A stretch of DNA of 64,000 nucleotides from Polyangiaceae bacterium (GTDB taxonomy: Bacteria; Myxococcota_A; Polyangia; Polyangiales; Polyangiaceae): assembly GCA_947502375.1 (NCBI GenBank), contig CANMZR010000001.1, positions 4,886 to 68,885 of the forward strand, read 5' to 3'. This document shows, piece after piece, positions 17,631-26,655 of the stretch; within the stretch, counting starts at the first letter, position 1; the number at the start of each line of letters is the position of its first letter. The notes under the pieces are model-generated. The model was given only the letters and a program-made list of their open reading frames with translations. It made no database searches and was not told where the DNA came from. A program made the position numbers and the translations under genes.

Positions 17631-18304
17631 TGGGAGCCACGCCGGGCACGCAGGACCTCGTCGAGCTGGCGAACAAGGGGCTCACCGGCCCTCTGAAGGT
17701 CCTTGCACTGCTCACGATCCTGTCGCTCTTGCCGGCCATCGTGCTCTCGATGACCTCCTTCACGCGTTCGATCATCGTGCTCTCGTTCGTCCGCACCGGC
17801 ATCGGCTCACAGCAGACTCCCCCCACTCAGGTCATCGTTGGAATCGCCCTCTTTTTGACGATGTTCACGATGGCTCCGGTCACCGAGCGCATCGTCGAAG
17901 ATGCGTACAAGCCCTACTCTGCCGGCAAGCTCACCGAGACCGAAGCCATCGACAAGGCGGTCACTCCCATTCGAGCGTTCATGCTCAGGCAGACCCGCGA
18001 AGCCGACCTGGCCCTGTTCTACAACGCCGCCAGAATGGACTTTCCGAAGACCGAGACCGAGGTGCCGATGCGAATCGCGATCCCTGCGTTCGTCATCAGC
18101 GAGCTGACCACTTCGTTCCAGATGGGTGTGCTCGTGCTCCTTCCGTTTCTGCTCGTGGACATCGCCGTGGCATCCACCTTGATGAGCATGGGCATGATGA
18201 TGGTTCCACCCACAAGCATCAGCTTGCCGCTTAAATTGCTGCTTTTCGTCGTTGTAGACGGGTGGCATCTGCTCACCGAATCCCTTCTTCGGAGCTTTGC
18301 ATGA
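17627..18304 (+). CDS. fliP: Flagellar export gate protein FliP
   Basis: 225 aa. LTILSLLPAIVLSMTSFTRSIIVLSFVR...IPAFVISELTTSFQMGVLVLLPFLLVDIAVASTLMSMGMMMVPP are canonical FliP motifs. Confidence 0.95.
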   Translation: MMGATPGTQDLVELANKGLTGPLKVLALLTILSLLPAIVLSMTSFTRSIIVLSFVRTGIGSQQTPPTQVIVGIALFLTMFTMAPVTERIVEDAYKPYSAGKLTETEAIDKAVTPIRAFMLRQTREADLALFYNAARMDFPKTETEVPMRIAIPAFVISELTTSFQMGVLVLLPFLLVDIAVASTLMSMGMMMVPPTSISLPLKLLLFVVVDGWHLLTESLLRSFA

Positions 18305-18570
18305 ACATCGATGAAGCCATCATGCTGATGACCGATCTCATCAAGACGACGATCTTCGTGGGTGGGCCCGTGCTTGGCGCGGCCTTGGTGGGCGGTGTGC
18401 TCATCGGCATCGTGCAGACCGCCACCCAGATCAACGAGGCCAGCATCGGCTTCGTCGTGAAGGCGGGATGCGTCATGCTCGTCGTGCTGGTGGGAGGCAC
18501 CTCACTTGCCTCGCGCACCGTGCAATACACGCGCGAAACCTTCTCGCGCATCACCCAGGTCGTCCGCTAA
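18301..18570 (+). CDS. fliQ: Flagellar export gate protein FliQ
   Basis: 89 aa from the ATG at 18301 (ATGA overlap with the fliP stop). Two TM segments and an IVQTATQINEASIGFVVK motif. Confidence 0.9.
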   Translation: MNIDEAIMLMTDLIKTTIFVGGPVLGAALVGGVLIGIVQTATQINEASIGFVVKAGCVMLVVLVGGTSLASRTVQYTRETFSRITQVVR

Positions 18571-18578
18571 AGCCCCCG

Positions 18579-19355
18579 ATGACTGCGACCGGGATGCTCG
18601 AGTACGCCATCGCAATCGCGCTGGTCTTCAGTCGCATCGGTGGCTTCCTCGTCGTGTCACCGATCCCCGGTGCCTGGGTTCCAAAAGAAAGCCGAGCGAT
18701 GCTCGCCGCGACGCTGGGCCTCACCATCGGGATCCTTCTCGGGCCACCGCGAGCCGAACTTCACTTTGGCCTCGATCTTTTGCTCGTCACGGCCCGCGAA
18801 GCGGCAGTGGGCTTGCTCATCGGCGGAGCGTTTCGTCTCGTTATCATTGCAGCGGAGTTCATGGCCGGGCTCGTGAGCCAGGCGTCGTGGCTCTCGGCAC
18901 CCAGCTCAATGAACCCGGACTTCGGCGGCCAGACCCAAGCCATTGGGCAAATTTCCATTGTGCTGGCGCTCTTGCTCGCGATCGCAAGCGGGACGCATCG
19001 CACCGTATTGGCCTACCTCATCGAGTCGTTTCGCGTGCTTCCAGTCGGCTCTGAGATGAACATCAGCGGGGCCATTCCATCCTTTCTCTCGCTGGTGGGG
19101 CGCTCGTTCGACGTGGGAATGAGTCTCGCACTACCCGTCCTGGGCATCTCCTTGGCGGTGCAGGCTGCGCTCGCACTGGTCTCCAGAGTCGCGCCGAACT
19201 TACAGATTTTTAGCGTCGGCTTCGCAGTCCTCGTCGCCAGCGGACTCATCACGTTCATGTCTTCGTTGCCGATGATGGCCGAGGGAATGGTCGGCTATTA
19301 CCAAGTCATTCCGGGTTTCCTTGATGACCTACTCCTCACGTTGAGCGAGGTCTGA
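18579..19355 (+). CDS. fliR: Flagellar export gate protein FliR
   Basis: 258 aa from the ATG at 18579. Polytopic membrane protein (VFSRIGGFLVVSPIPG...), located between fliQ and flhB. Confidence 0.9.
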   Translation: MTATGMLEYAIAIALVFSRIGGFLVVSPIPGAWVPKESRAMLAATLGLTIGILLGPPRAELHFGLDLLLVTAREAAVGLLIGGAFRLVIIAAEFMAGLVSQASWLSAPSSMNPDFGGQTQAIGQISIVLALLLAIASGTHRTVLAYLIESFRVLPVGSEMNISGAIPSFLSLVGRSFDVGMSLALPVLGISLAVQAALALVSRVAPNLQIFSVGFAVLVASGLITFMSSLPMMAEGMVGYYQVIPGFLDDLLLTLSEV

Positions 19356-20473
19356 TGGCAGCCGAAGGCGACAAGCCCCATGCCGCAACAGCCAAGCGTC
19401 GAGAGGACGCTCGCAAGGAGGGGCGCTTTGCTCGCGCGCGGGACACCACCACCATCGCGGTTTTGGGCGCCGTCCTTGCTGCAACGCTCGCGTACTCTGA
19501 TCGACAAGCGCAAGTCATTTACGAGTTCTTCCAGCGTTGCCACGGCGATTTGTCGGCCGTTCAACGAGGAGATGGAGACGTGATCGCAGCGGCTATTCCG
19601 GGCGCGCTCTACACCCTGGCGGTTCCTCCGGCCATCGCCGCGGCGGTTGCGGGCGGCCTGGCCGGTGCATGGCAAGCCGGGTTTCGCTTCTATCCCGAGA
19701 TGCTTTCGCTCAAGTTCGAAAAGCTGAATCCGCTGCCAAAACTCAAAGAACTGGTGAACTTCAAGCACGCCATCGGCGAGCTCATCATCTCGATGATGCG
19801 CGTCTGCATCGTGGCGTGGGTCTGTTACCGCGAGCTCTTGCGCGACGTGCCGCCCCTGCTCGGAATGACGGGTGCTCCGGTGGCACCGTCCGTGACGCTG
19901 ATAGCCCAAATTCTCACACGCCTGGCGTTGAAGTCGCTGGCCGTTCTCGTCGTTCTGGGGGTCCTGGACTACGCCTACAACCGCTACCAGCTCGAGAAAT
20001 CGATGCGCATGAGCGACCAGGAACTCCGCGATGAAATGCGGCAGTACGACCAGAACCCCAAGATTAAAGCAAAAATCCGAGAAAAAATGCAGCAGGCGTC
20101 GCGTAAGCGCGTCCTCGCTGCGGTCGCGAGCGCCGATGCCATCGTGACGAATCCGACCCACATCGCCGTCGCCTTGCGCTACTCGGACAAGGACTTTGCA
20201 CCGGTGGTGGTCGCCAAGGGTCACGACGAGTTCGCCCTTAAAATCCGCGCAGAAGCACGCAAGCACGGGATCCCGATCCTGGAGAACCGGCGCCTCGCGC
20301 GGGCCCTCGATGCAGAGGTCGAAATCGGGCGATCGATCCCCGGTCAACATTACGTCGCCGTCGCCAAAGTTTTGGCGTTCGTCTACTCGCTGAGAGGCGC
20401 GAAGAAGCGCCGAACGCCACGAAAATCAGCAAAAACGGCGTCACGGTCCGCTCAGGTAGCGCGTACGGCATAA
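19355..20473 (+). CDS. flhB: Flagellar export switch protein FlhB
   Basis: 372 aa. N-terminal KPHAATAKRREDARKEGRFARARD and the NPTH autocleavage motif (IVTNPTHIAVAL). Confidence 0.95.
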   Translation: MAAEGDKPHAATAKRREDARKEGRFARARDTTTIAVLGAVLAATLAYSDRQAQVIYEFFQRCHGDLSAVQRGDGDVIAAAIPGALYTLAVPPAIAAAVAGGLAGAWQAGFRFYPEMLSLKFEKLNPLPKLKELVNFKHAIGELIISMMRVCIVAWVCYRELLRDVPPLLGMTGAPVAPSVTLIAQILTRLALKSLAVLVVLGVLDYAYNRYQLEKSMRMSDQELRDEMRQYDQNPKIKAKIREKMQQASRKRVLAAVASADAIVTNPTHIAVALRYSDKDFAPVVVAKGHDEFALKIRAEARKHGIPILENRRLARALDAEVEIGRSIPGQHYVAVAKVLAFVYSLRGAKKRRTPRKSAKTASRSAQVARTA

Positions 20474-20525
20474 GGGCTTCCGTCGCCGAAACTGGCACGG
20501 ACCATGAATAAGCACGGCCCTAGGC

Positions 20526-22652
20526 ATGGAGAGCGCGAACCTAGCTCCGCTTCGGATTCGGGACATCGCCGTTCCCCTCGGGATCATCGGCGTCGTCCTG
20601 ATGATGGTGATGCCGGTGCCGCCGATCTTACTGGACGTGCTCCTGACGTTCTCGGTCGCGCTCTCGATCATCATTTTTCTCACCGCGTTGTTCATTCGCG
20701 ATGCGCTCGAGTTCAGCGCTTTTCCGACGATTGTTCTCGTGGCCACGCTGTTGCGCCTCAGCTTGAACGTCGCGAGCACGCGGCTCATTTTGCTTCACGG
20801 CCACGAGGGTTCCGACGTCGCCGGTCAAATGATCGAGGCCTTCGGTCACTTCGTCGTCGGCGGTCAAATCGTCGTCGGCCTCGTCGTCTTTCTCATTCTC
20901 GTCGTCATCAACTTCGTCGTCATCACGAAGGGCGCAGGCCGCATCGCAGAGGTTGCGGCGCGTTTCACCCTCGATGCCATGCCGGGCAAGCAGATGGCCA
21001 TCGACGCCGACCTGTCGGCGGGGAATCTGACGAACGACGACGCGCGAAAGCGCCGCAAGGAGCTCGAGCAGGAAGCGGATTTCTACGGTGCGATGGATGG
21101 TGCGAGCAAGTTCGTCCAAGGCGACGCGGTCGCGGGGCTGCTCATCACGGCCATCAACCTCATCGGCGGTTTGATCATCGGCGTGGTTCGTGGAATGGAG
21201 CTCGGGAAATCAGCCGAGACGTTCTCCGTACTCAGCGTCGGAGACGCATTGGTGTCGCAAATACCGGCACTTTTGATCTCATCGGCCGCCGGCATCGTCG
21301 TGACGCGAAGCGCCGCCGGCGAGCAGATCGCCGACACCTTCATGACGCAGCTCTTCGGGCGCCGCCGCCCGGTGGCCATGACCGCGGGCATCATCGCAGC
21401 CCTTGGACTGGTGCCGGGCATGCCGACCCTGCCGCTCTTGAGCTTCGCGGGCTTGCTCGCATACGTCGCGAGCCGCCCCGCGGAGGCTCCCAAGAAGGAT
21501 GCCGTCGTGGGTGCCACGGGCGCGACCAGCGGTAGCATCGGTGCCGGTGCCGAGGGCACGAAGGCACTGAAGCCCGGCTCGGCCGAGGACGTGGACAAAG
21601 CGCTCGGGCTCGACGTGCTCACGCTGGAACTCGGCTACGAGCTCGTCCACCTCGTCGACGCGGCCGCGGGCGGAACGCTGCTCGACCGAGTGGGTTCGCT
21701 ACGTCGCGAAATCGCGCGGGAGCTTGGGATCGTCGTCCCGTCGGCTCACATTTGCGACAACCTGGACCTGCAGCCGGGGCAATATCGCATTCTATTCTCA
21801 GGGAACGCCATCGCGGAGGGAACGTGCGTCAATGGACGCATCCTGGCTATCGACCCAACCGGCAACTCGCCGCCGCTCGAAGGTGATGCGACCACCGAGC
21901 CGACCTTCGGCATGCCGGCTCGCTGGATCCTGCGCCGTGACAGCGACATGGCCGAGGCGCTCGGGTACACGGTCGTGGACCACGCAACGGTGATGGCCAC
22001 CCACTTCGGCGAGCTCATCCGAAACAACGCCTACCGCCTGATCGGTCGCCAAGAAGTCCAGCATTTGCTCGATCTTCTTGCGAAGAAGTATCCGAAGCTG
22101 GTCGATGACGTGGTCCCCACGCTGCTCACCCTGGGTGATATCCTCCGCGTGCTGCGCAACCTCCTACGAGAACATGTCAGTGTCCGAGACCTTCGGACGA
22201 TCATGGAGTCGCTGGCCGATCTCTCCGAGCAGACGAAAGACTCCGAGCAACTGACCGAGCTTGTGCGCGAGCGACTGGCGACGCAGATTACAGCGGCCGT
22301 CACGGGACGGGACGGCTCCGTCGCCGCATTGGCGCTCGACCCGCGCCTCGAGGATACCCTGCGAACTTCGCTCCGCGAGATAGCGCAAGGGATAGGCGGC
22401 GCGCTCGACCCCAAGCTGCTAAACGACCTGGCACAGCAGGCGCAGGGCGCACTCTCGAAATTCGCAGCATTATCCGTCAGTCCCATCGTTATTGCGCCCC
22501 CGGACCTTCGCCGTTACGTCCGCGCGATCTTCGAACACAAGGTTCCGCAATACGCGGTGGTGTCGTTCCGCGAAGTCGAACCGGCAGTCCCGCTGCGCGT
22601 CGTTGAGTCACTCGGACGTGGCGCGGTCCATGCATTGGGACAAGGAGTATGA
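20526..22652 (+). CDS. flhA: Flagellar export gate protein FlhA
   Basis: 708 aa with the FHIPEP signature region (VVITKGAGRIAEVAARFTLDAMPGKQMAIDADL) and a large cytoplasmic C-terminal domain. Confidence 0.96.
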   Translation: MESANLAPLRIRDIAVPLGIIGVVLMMVMPVPPILLDVLLTFSVALSIIIFLTALFIRDALEFSAFPTIVLVATLLRLSLNVASTRLILLHGHEGSDVAGQMIEAFGHFVVGGQIVVGLVVFLILVVINFVVITKGAGRIAEVAARFTLDAMPGKQMAIDADLSAGNLTNDDARKRRKELEQEADFYGAMDGASKFVQGDAVAGLLITAINLIGGLIIGVVRGMELGKSAETFSVLSVGDALVSQIPALLISSAAGIVVTRSAAGEQIADTFMTQLFGRRRPVAMTAGIIAALGLVPGMPTLPLLSFAGLLAYVASRPAEAPKKDAVVGATGATSGSIGAGAEGTKALKPGSAEDVDKALGLDVLTLELGYELVHLVDAAAGGTLLDRVGSLRREIARELGIVVPSAHICDNLDLQPGQYRILFSGNAIAEGTCVNGRILAIDPTGNSPPLEGDATTEPTFGMPARWILRRDSDMAEALGYTVVDHATVMATHFGELIRNNAYRLIGRQEVQHLLDLLAKKYPKLVDDVVPTLLTLGDILRVLRNLLREHVSVRDLRTIMESLADLSEQTKDSEQLTELVRERLATQITAAVTGRDGSVAALALDPRLEDTLRTSLREIAQGIGGALDPKLLNDLAQQAQGALSKFAALSVSPIVIAPPDLRRYVRAIFEHKVPQYAVVSFREVEPAVPLRVVESLGRGAVHALGQGV

Positions 22653-23920
22653 CGATGAACCGCACCTTCCGGGGACGCACCTTGAGCGAAGCTCGCGATG
22701 CCGCAGAGACCGTGTTCGGTCCAGATGTCGTCGTCTTGCAACGGCGCAAGGTAAAGCAGAAGGGTTTTTCAGGCGTCCTCGGCGCCACCGAGTTTGAAAT
22801 CGAGGTGGGCCAGAGCGTCACCGGAGCGATGCTCGACGGAGCACTTGCAGAGGCACCGGTCGCACGTGGGTATGCGCCGTCAAGGACTTCCGTGCCGGAG
22901 ACCACCGGGACTTTGCACTTTGCCCGGGGAGTTTACGAGGACGGCGAGGAGGCTCCCGAGCAGGGCGGCGGCCGAGCGTCCAGCGCCGACATCGCGCGCA
23001 TCGAAAACGAGGTGCGCGCCGTGCGAGCCATGCTTTACCGAATGGCGAGCTCCCCCGACAAGGTTCAAAGCCAACTACACAGCATTCGCCGAGCGGTGGA
23101 TGAGATGGCACCACGGACGAGCGCCCCCGAGCGCGTCGAGCGAATGATCGACGACAGTGGTTTGACGGGAGCGCCGGCACGCGCACTTTCGAAGCGACTG
23201 CGTCACCATGAGGGCGACGATGAGAGCCTGGTGGAAGCCTATCGGGACGCACTCGCCGACCTCATCAAGGTTCGCGCCTGGCCCCTAGCGACCACGGAGA
23301 GACGCATGATAGCGCTCGTAGGTCCGCCTGGTGTCGGCAAGACCACCACCGCGGCGAAACTGGCCGCCGCCGCCATCGCGAACCACGGGGCAACCGTAAC
23401 GTTCGTCGGCTGCGATACGTACCGCGTCGGTGCCGTCGAGCAACTCGAGTGCTACGCGGATTTGCTCGGGTGCGAGTGCATCATCGTGAAGCAGCAAAAA
23501 GAGCTGCACCGGGCGATCCGTAAGTCGGAGAGCGACATCGTCATCGTCGACACCGCAGGACGAGGCCCCGAGGGCGAACAAGCGGTCGAGCTCGGCGTGG
23601 GCGCGACACGACAGCGCGACGCGAAGGGAACTGGCTGGGAGGACCGCACCCGTCACGTCCTTCTCTGCCTCGACGCGGCGTTGAGGTACACGGACGCCAC
23701 GGCGGTTTGCGCTCGCTACGCGGCCTGTTCGCCGACCGCAATCGCCATCACGAAACTCGACCTCACAACGGCCCCCGGTGGCCTCATTCACGGTCCCGCC
23801 TGCGCGGAGTTGCCCATCACGCTCCTCTGCCACGGACAGCGTGTCCCCGAAGACATCGCGCCGGCCACCGCCGGGCGCATTCTCGACTACCTGGCGCCAC
23901 GGCATCGTTACGCCAACTGA
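22649..23920 (+). CDS. flhF: Flagellar SRP-type GTPase FlhF
   Basis: 423 aa with a basic N-terminus and an SRP54-type G domain (ALVGPPGVGKTTTAAKLAA...IVIVDTAGRGP...ITKLD). ATGA overlap with the flhA stop. Confidence 0.9.
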   Translation: MTMNRTFRGRTLSEARDAAETVFGPDVVVLQRRKVKQKGFSGVLGATEFEIEVGQSVTGAMLDGALAEAPVARGYAPSRTSVPETTGTLHFARGVYEDGEEAPEQGGGRASSADIARIENEVRAVRAMLYRMASSPDKVQSQLHSIRRAVDEMAPRTSAPERVERMIDDSGLTGAPARALSKRLRHHEGDDESLVEAYRDALADLIKVRAWPLATTERRMIALVGPPGVGKTTTAAKLAAAAIANHGATVTFVGCDTYRVGAVEQLECYADLLGCECIIVKQQKELHRAIRKSESDIVIVDTAGRGPEGEQAVELGVGATRQRDAKGTGWEDRTRHVLLCLDAALRYTDATAVCARYAACSPTAIAITKLDLTTAPGGLIHGPACAELPITLLCHGQRVPEDIAPATAGRILDYLAPRHRYAN

Positions 23921-23976
23921 GCCGTGCGAGAGACTTTGCATTACACAATTGCGTTACGCCCCCGAGATCCGCTCTG

Positions 23977-24693
23977 ATGGCCTTAGCTCAAGTCAACATG
24001 AACGCTCCGAAGCGAACCCTCTCCCGCGAGGACTACGAGCGGTTTCTGCCGCTGGTGAGACGCATCGCCATGCGATTGGCGCGTCGAGTTCCCAGTCACA
24101 TCAGCATTGGAGACTTGATTTCATGTGGCTGGGTCGGGCTCGTCGAAGCCTTTGCGCGAAGCGCTCCCGAGATGCCGACGGAGGAGTTCGAAGCCTATGC
24201 GTCGCACCGAGTTCGCGGAGCGATGCTCGACTACTTGCGCGGACTGGACCCCGCCACACGCCAGGCGAGGAACGCTTCGCGCCGAGTCACGCGCAGCATC
24301 ACGGACCTGACCCGTGATCTCGGTCGGCCGCCGGAGGAGGAGGAGATCGCGGACGCACTCGGTCTCGATCTCGACGGCTACCGGAACCTCCTGACACAAA
24401 TCTCGAGTGCGGGCATGAGCCGCCTCGAAATCGTCGATCTCGATCAGATCGACGTTGCCAGCGACAAGAACGAGGCCCCCGACGAAGTGGCGGACCAGCG
24501 CATGCTCGCAGCCCACGTCGCAGGGGCCATCGAGCGGTTGCCGTTACGGCTGCAGCAAGTTCTTGCGCTCTATTATCAAGAAGACTGCACCTTGCGCGAG
24601 ATTGGTGCGGTGCTGCAGGTGAGCGAATCGCGGGTGTGCCAGCTTCATGCCGAGGCGATGCACCGACTGCGCGCAGACATCGGTAAGGAGTAG
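23977..24693 (+). CDS. fliA: Flagellar sigma factor FliA (sigma28 family)
   Basis: 238 aa from the ATG at 23977. Region 2 (LISCGWVGLVEAFARS...YASHRVRGAMLDYLR) and region 4 HTH (TLREIGAVLQVSESRVCQLHAEAMHRLR). The ORF track extends upstream into the flhF 3' end. Confidence 0.88.
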   Translation: MALAQVNMNAPKRTLSREDYERFLPLVRRIAMRLARRVPSHISIGDLISCGWVGLVEAFARSAPEMPTEEFEAYASHRVRGAMLDYLRGLDPATRQARNASRRVTRSITDLTRDLGRPPEEEEIADALGLDLDGYRNLLTQISSAGMSRLEIVDLDQIDVASDKNEAPDEVADQRMLAAHVAGAIERLPLRLQQVLALYYQEDCTLREIGAVLQVSESRVCQLHAEAMHRLRADIGKE

Positions 24694-24696
24694 GAC

Positions 24697-25422
24697 ATGG
24701 CGGATGGCATTTACGCAGCATTGAGTGGAGCGCTCGCGCACTACACTTCGCTCGAAGCGACTGCCCAGAACCTCGCCAACATCGACACAACCGGTTACCG
24801 GGCGGTCACGCCGGTGTTCCATGAAGTCCTTTCGCGAGCGCAGCGTCCGAGCGAAACCATTCGCTTTTCGGCGGTTCGGAAAACCGCCATCGACATGACT
24901 CCCGGTGCACTCCGTGAGACCGGTGGCTCGCTCGACATCGCGCTCGGGCAGAATTCTTTTCTCGCGGTTCAAACCCAAGCGGGAGAGCGTTACACCCGAG
25001 CCGGGTCCCTCAAGATCGCGCCCGACGGCACGCTGACGACCCAGCGCGGCCAAACCGTGCTGAGCGACGCGCGCAAACCCCTCGTCGTGAGCACCGTTTC
25101 GGGTGCTGAAGTCAACGCGCAGGGTGAAGTCACGAGCTCGGGTCAATCCGTCGGCTTTCTGCGACTGGTGACGTTTGCCCGACCGGATCAAATGGCCTAC
25201 GAAGGGCAAGGGATCCTCCAAGCGCAACCCGAGGCCGGGGCGCCCGTCCAAAGCAAGGAGACGGTCGAGGTCGGTAAGCTCGAAGAGAGCAATGCCTCCA
25301 CCATCCGCGCGATGACCGATCTCATGGCTGCGAGCCGCATGTTCGAAGCGATGGAGCAGGCGATCACGTCCTTCAATCAGATCGACCGACGCGTCATCAA
25401 CTCGGTGCCGAAGTTCGGCTGA
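24697..25422 (+). CDS. flgF: Flagellar basal-body rod protein, FlgF-like
   Basis: 241 aa. N-terminal GIYAALSGALAH...AQNLANIDTTGYR and C-terminal LEESNASTIRAMTDLMAASRMFEAMEQAI. Length and N-terminus fit FlgF better than FlgG. Confidence 0.8.
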   Translation: MADGIYAALSGALAHYTSLEATAQNLANIDTTGYRAVTPVFHEVLSRAQRPSETIRFSAVRKTAIDMTPGALRETGGSLDIALGQNSFLAVQTQAGERYTRAGSLKIAPDGTLTTQRGQTVLSDARKPLVVSTVSGAEVNAQGEVTSSGQSVGFLRLVTFARPDQMAYEGQGILQAQPEAGAPVQSKETVEVGKLEESNASTIRAMTDLMAASRMFEAMEQAITSFNQIDRRVINSVPKFG

Positions 25423-25427
25423 GGTTG

Positions 25428-25449
25428 CGGCGTTGAAGTTGCAACGCTG
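25428..25449. terminator. Hairpin between convergent flgF and the Rieske gene; candidate bidirectional terminator
   Basis: GCGTTG-AAGTTG-CAACGC (25430-25447), extendable by G.U and C-G pairs. Flanked by a direct GCTGAGGTT repeat. Confidence 0.3.
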
Positions 25450-25488
25450 AGGTTCCGAAGCGCCACGAGACGCAGGCCCGAGGGGCGC

Positions 25489-26568
25489 TCACACCTCGAG
25501 TTCAACCTCACGTCGCCAGCTGTCGGGCTCATCGTTGCCGGGACGGGTCTTTCCAAGCTCCGCCTGCCGTAAAAGCCGCCATATTTGAGGCCCCATCAGG
25601 TCGAGCTCGGTCGACATGTAGTGCTCACCCCCGAAGCGCGCGGCCGCCGCCGTCTGCCGCTCGAGCATCCGAGCGTCCTGGGCAAAAATGCGCAACGCGA
25701 TGGGCTCGAGCACCTGCTTAACGAGCCAGGCCGGGAGCCTCGTACGGAAGCGAATCACTGCAAAAAGACGCGTCAACGTGTCCTCGACAGGCGTCGCCAT
25801 CGCCGAGACGAGAATGTGATTCTCCGCGCCAATTCGATACTCGACCTCGGCGACGCACGGCAAAATGAAGCGATCGTAGTGGGTGACCACACCGCCCGAT
25901 GGCGATAGCAGCCGACCGAGCAGCCCCTCGGGGCGTGGCTCACCGATGTATTCGGTCTGAACCCGGTCACCCGCGCGGGTCACGACGGCGCGAATGCGGT
26001 TCGTCTTCCCGGCTCCACGGAACAGACCGCGATGCAGAAAACCTGTGTGTGGAACATCGAGCGCGTTCTCGACGGTGGCGTGGAGGGTACCCGAAGCTTC
26101 GACCATCCGCGTGACAGTCGCGTACCCGGGACCGAGGTCGGCAAGCTCAAAGGGTTCATGGGTCGGCGCGATGTTCGGCGTCGCGTAGACCCACACGAGG
26201 CCGGCCTGTTCACGGGTCGCGAAGCTCGGGACAAGCGAGCGTTCGGGGTGCGGCCCAATGAGACTCGGAATTCGTGCCGCACGCCCCGCGGCATCAAAAC
26301 GCCAGCCGTGATAAGCGCATTCGACCGTCCCGGCCTCGCAGCGTCCGAGGGAGAGCGGCGCATTCCGATGGGCGCAGCGGTCGAGCAACGCCGCTGGCCG
26401 GAGCGCGACGTCGCGGAAGAGCACGAGCGGCATCCCGTAGAGCGTTCGCGCGAGCGGCTTATTCGTCAATTCCCCCGACGTCGCAAGCACATACCAGGCG
26501 TTCGAAAGACGCGCGATGGATCGGTGACCCGTGGCTTGAATCACGCCGAGCGGCGTTTCGGAGTCCAT
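25489..26568 (-). CDS. Rieske [2Fe-2S] domain oxygenase (ring-hydroxylating / PaO-like alpha subunit)
   Basis: 359 aa with the Rieske motif CAHRNAPL...CAYHGWRF and a C-terminal catalytic-domain-like region containing NALDVPHTGFLH. Confidence 0.85.
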   Translation of the reverse strand: MDSETPLGVIQATGHRSIARLSNAWYVLATSGELTNKPLARTLYGMPLVLFRDVALRPAALLDRCAHRNAPLSLGRCEAGTVECAYHGWRFDAAGRAARIPSLIGPHPERSLVPSFATREQAGLVWVYATPNIAPTHEPFELADLGPGYATVTRMVEASGTLHATVENALDVPHTGFLHRGLFRGAGKTNRIRAVVTRAGDRVQTEYIGEPRPEGLLGRLLSPSGGVVTHYDRFILPCVAEVEYRIGAENHILVSAMATPVEDTLTRLFAVIRFRTRLPAWLVKQVLEPIALRIFAQDARMLERQTAAAARFGGEHYMSTELDLMGPQIWRLLRQAELGKTRPGNDEPDSWRREVELEV

Positions 26569-26655
26569 GTTGAGAGGGGCTGAGCTTACACCGAACTTCG
26601 ACCGCAGGGACCGAGTCGTCGTGGGTCATCGGGGCGTTTCGAGGTAGGCTCTTGC

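Noticed and set aside
20493-20507. TGGCACG upstream of flhA as a sigma54 promoter
   Set aside because: The -24 element is perfect, but the -12 position reads ATGA rather than TTGC, so the conserved GC is missing. The site lies only about 20 nt before the flhA ATG inside a tightly packed operon.
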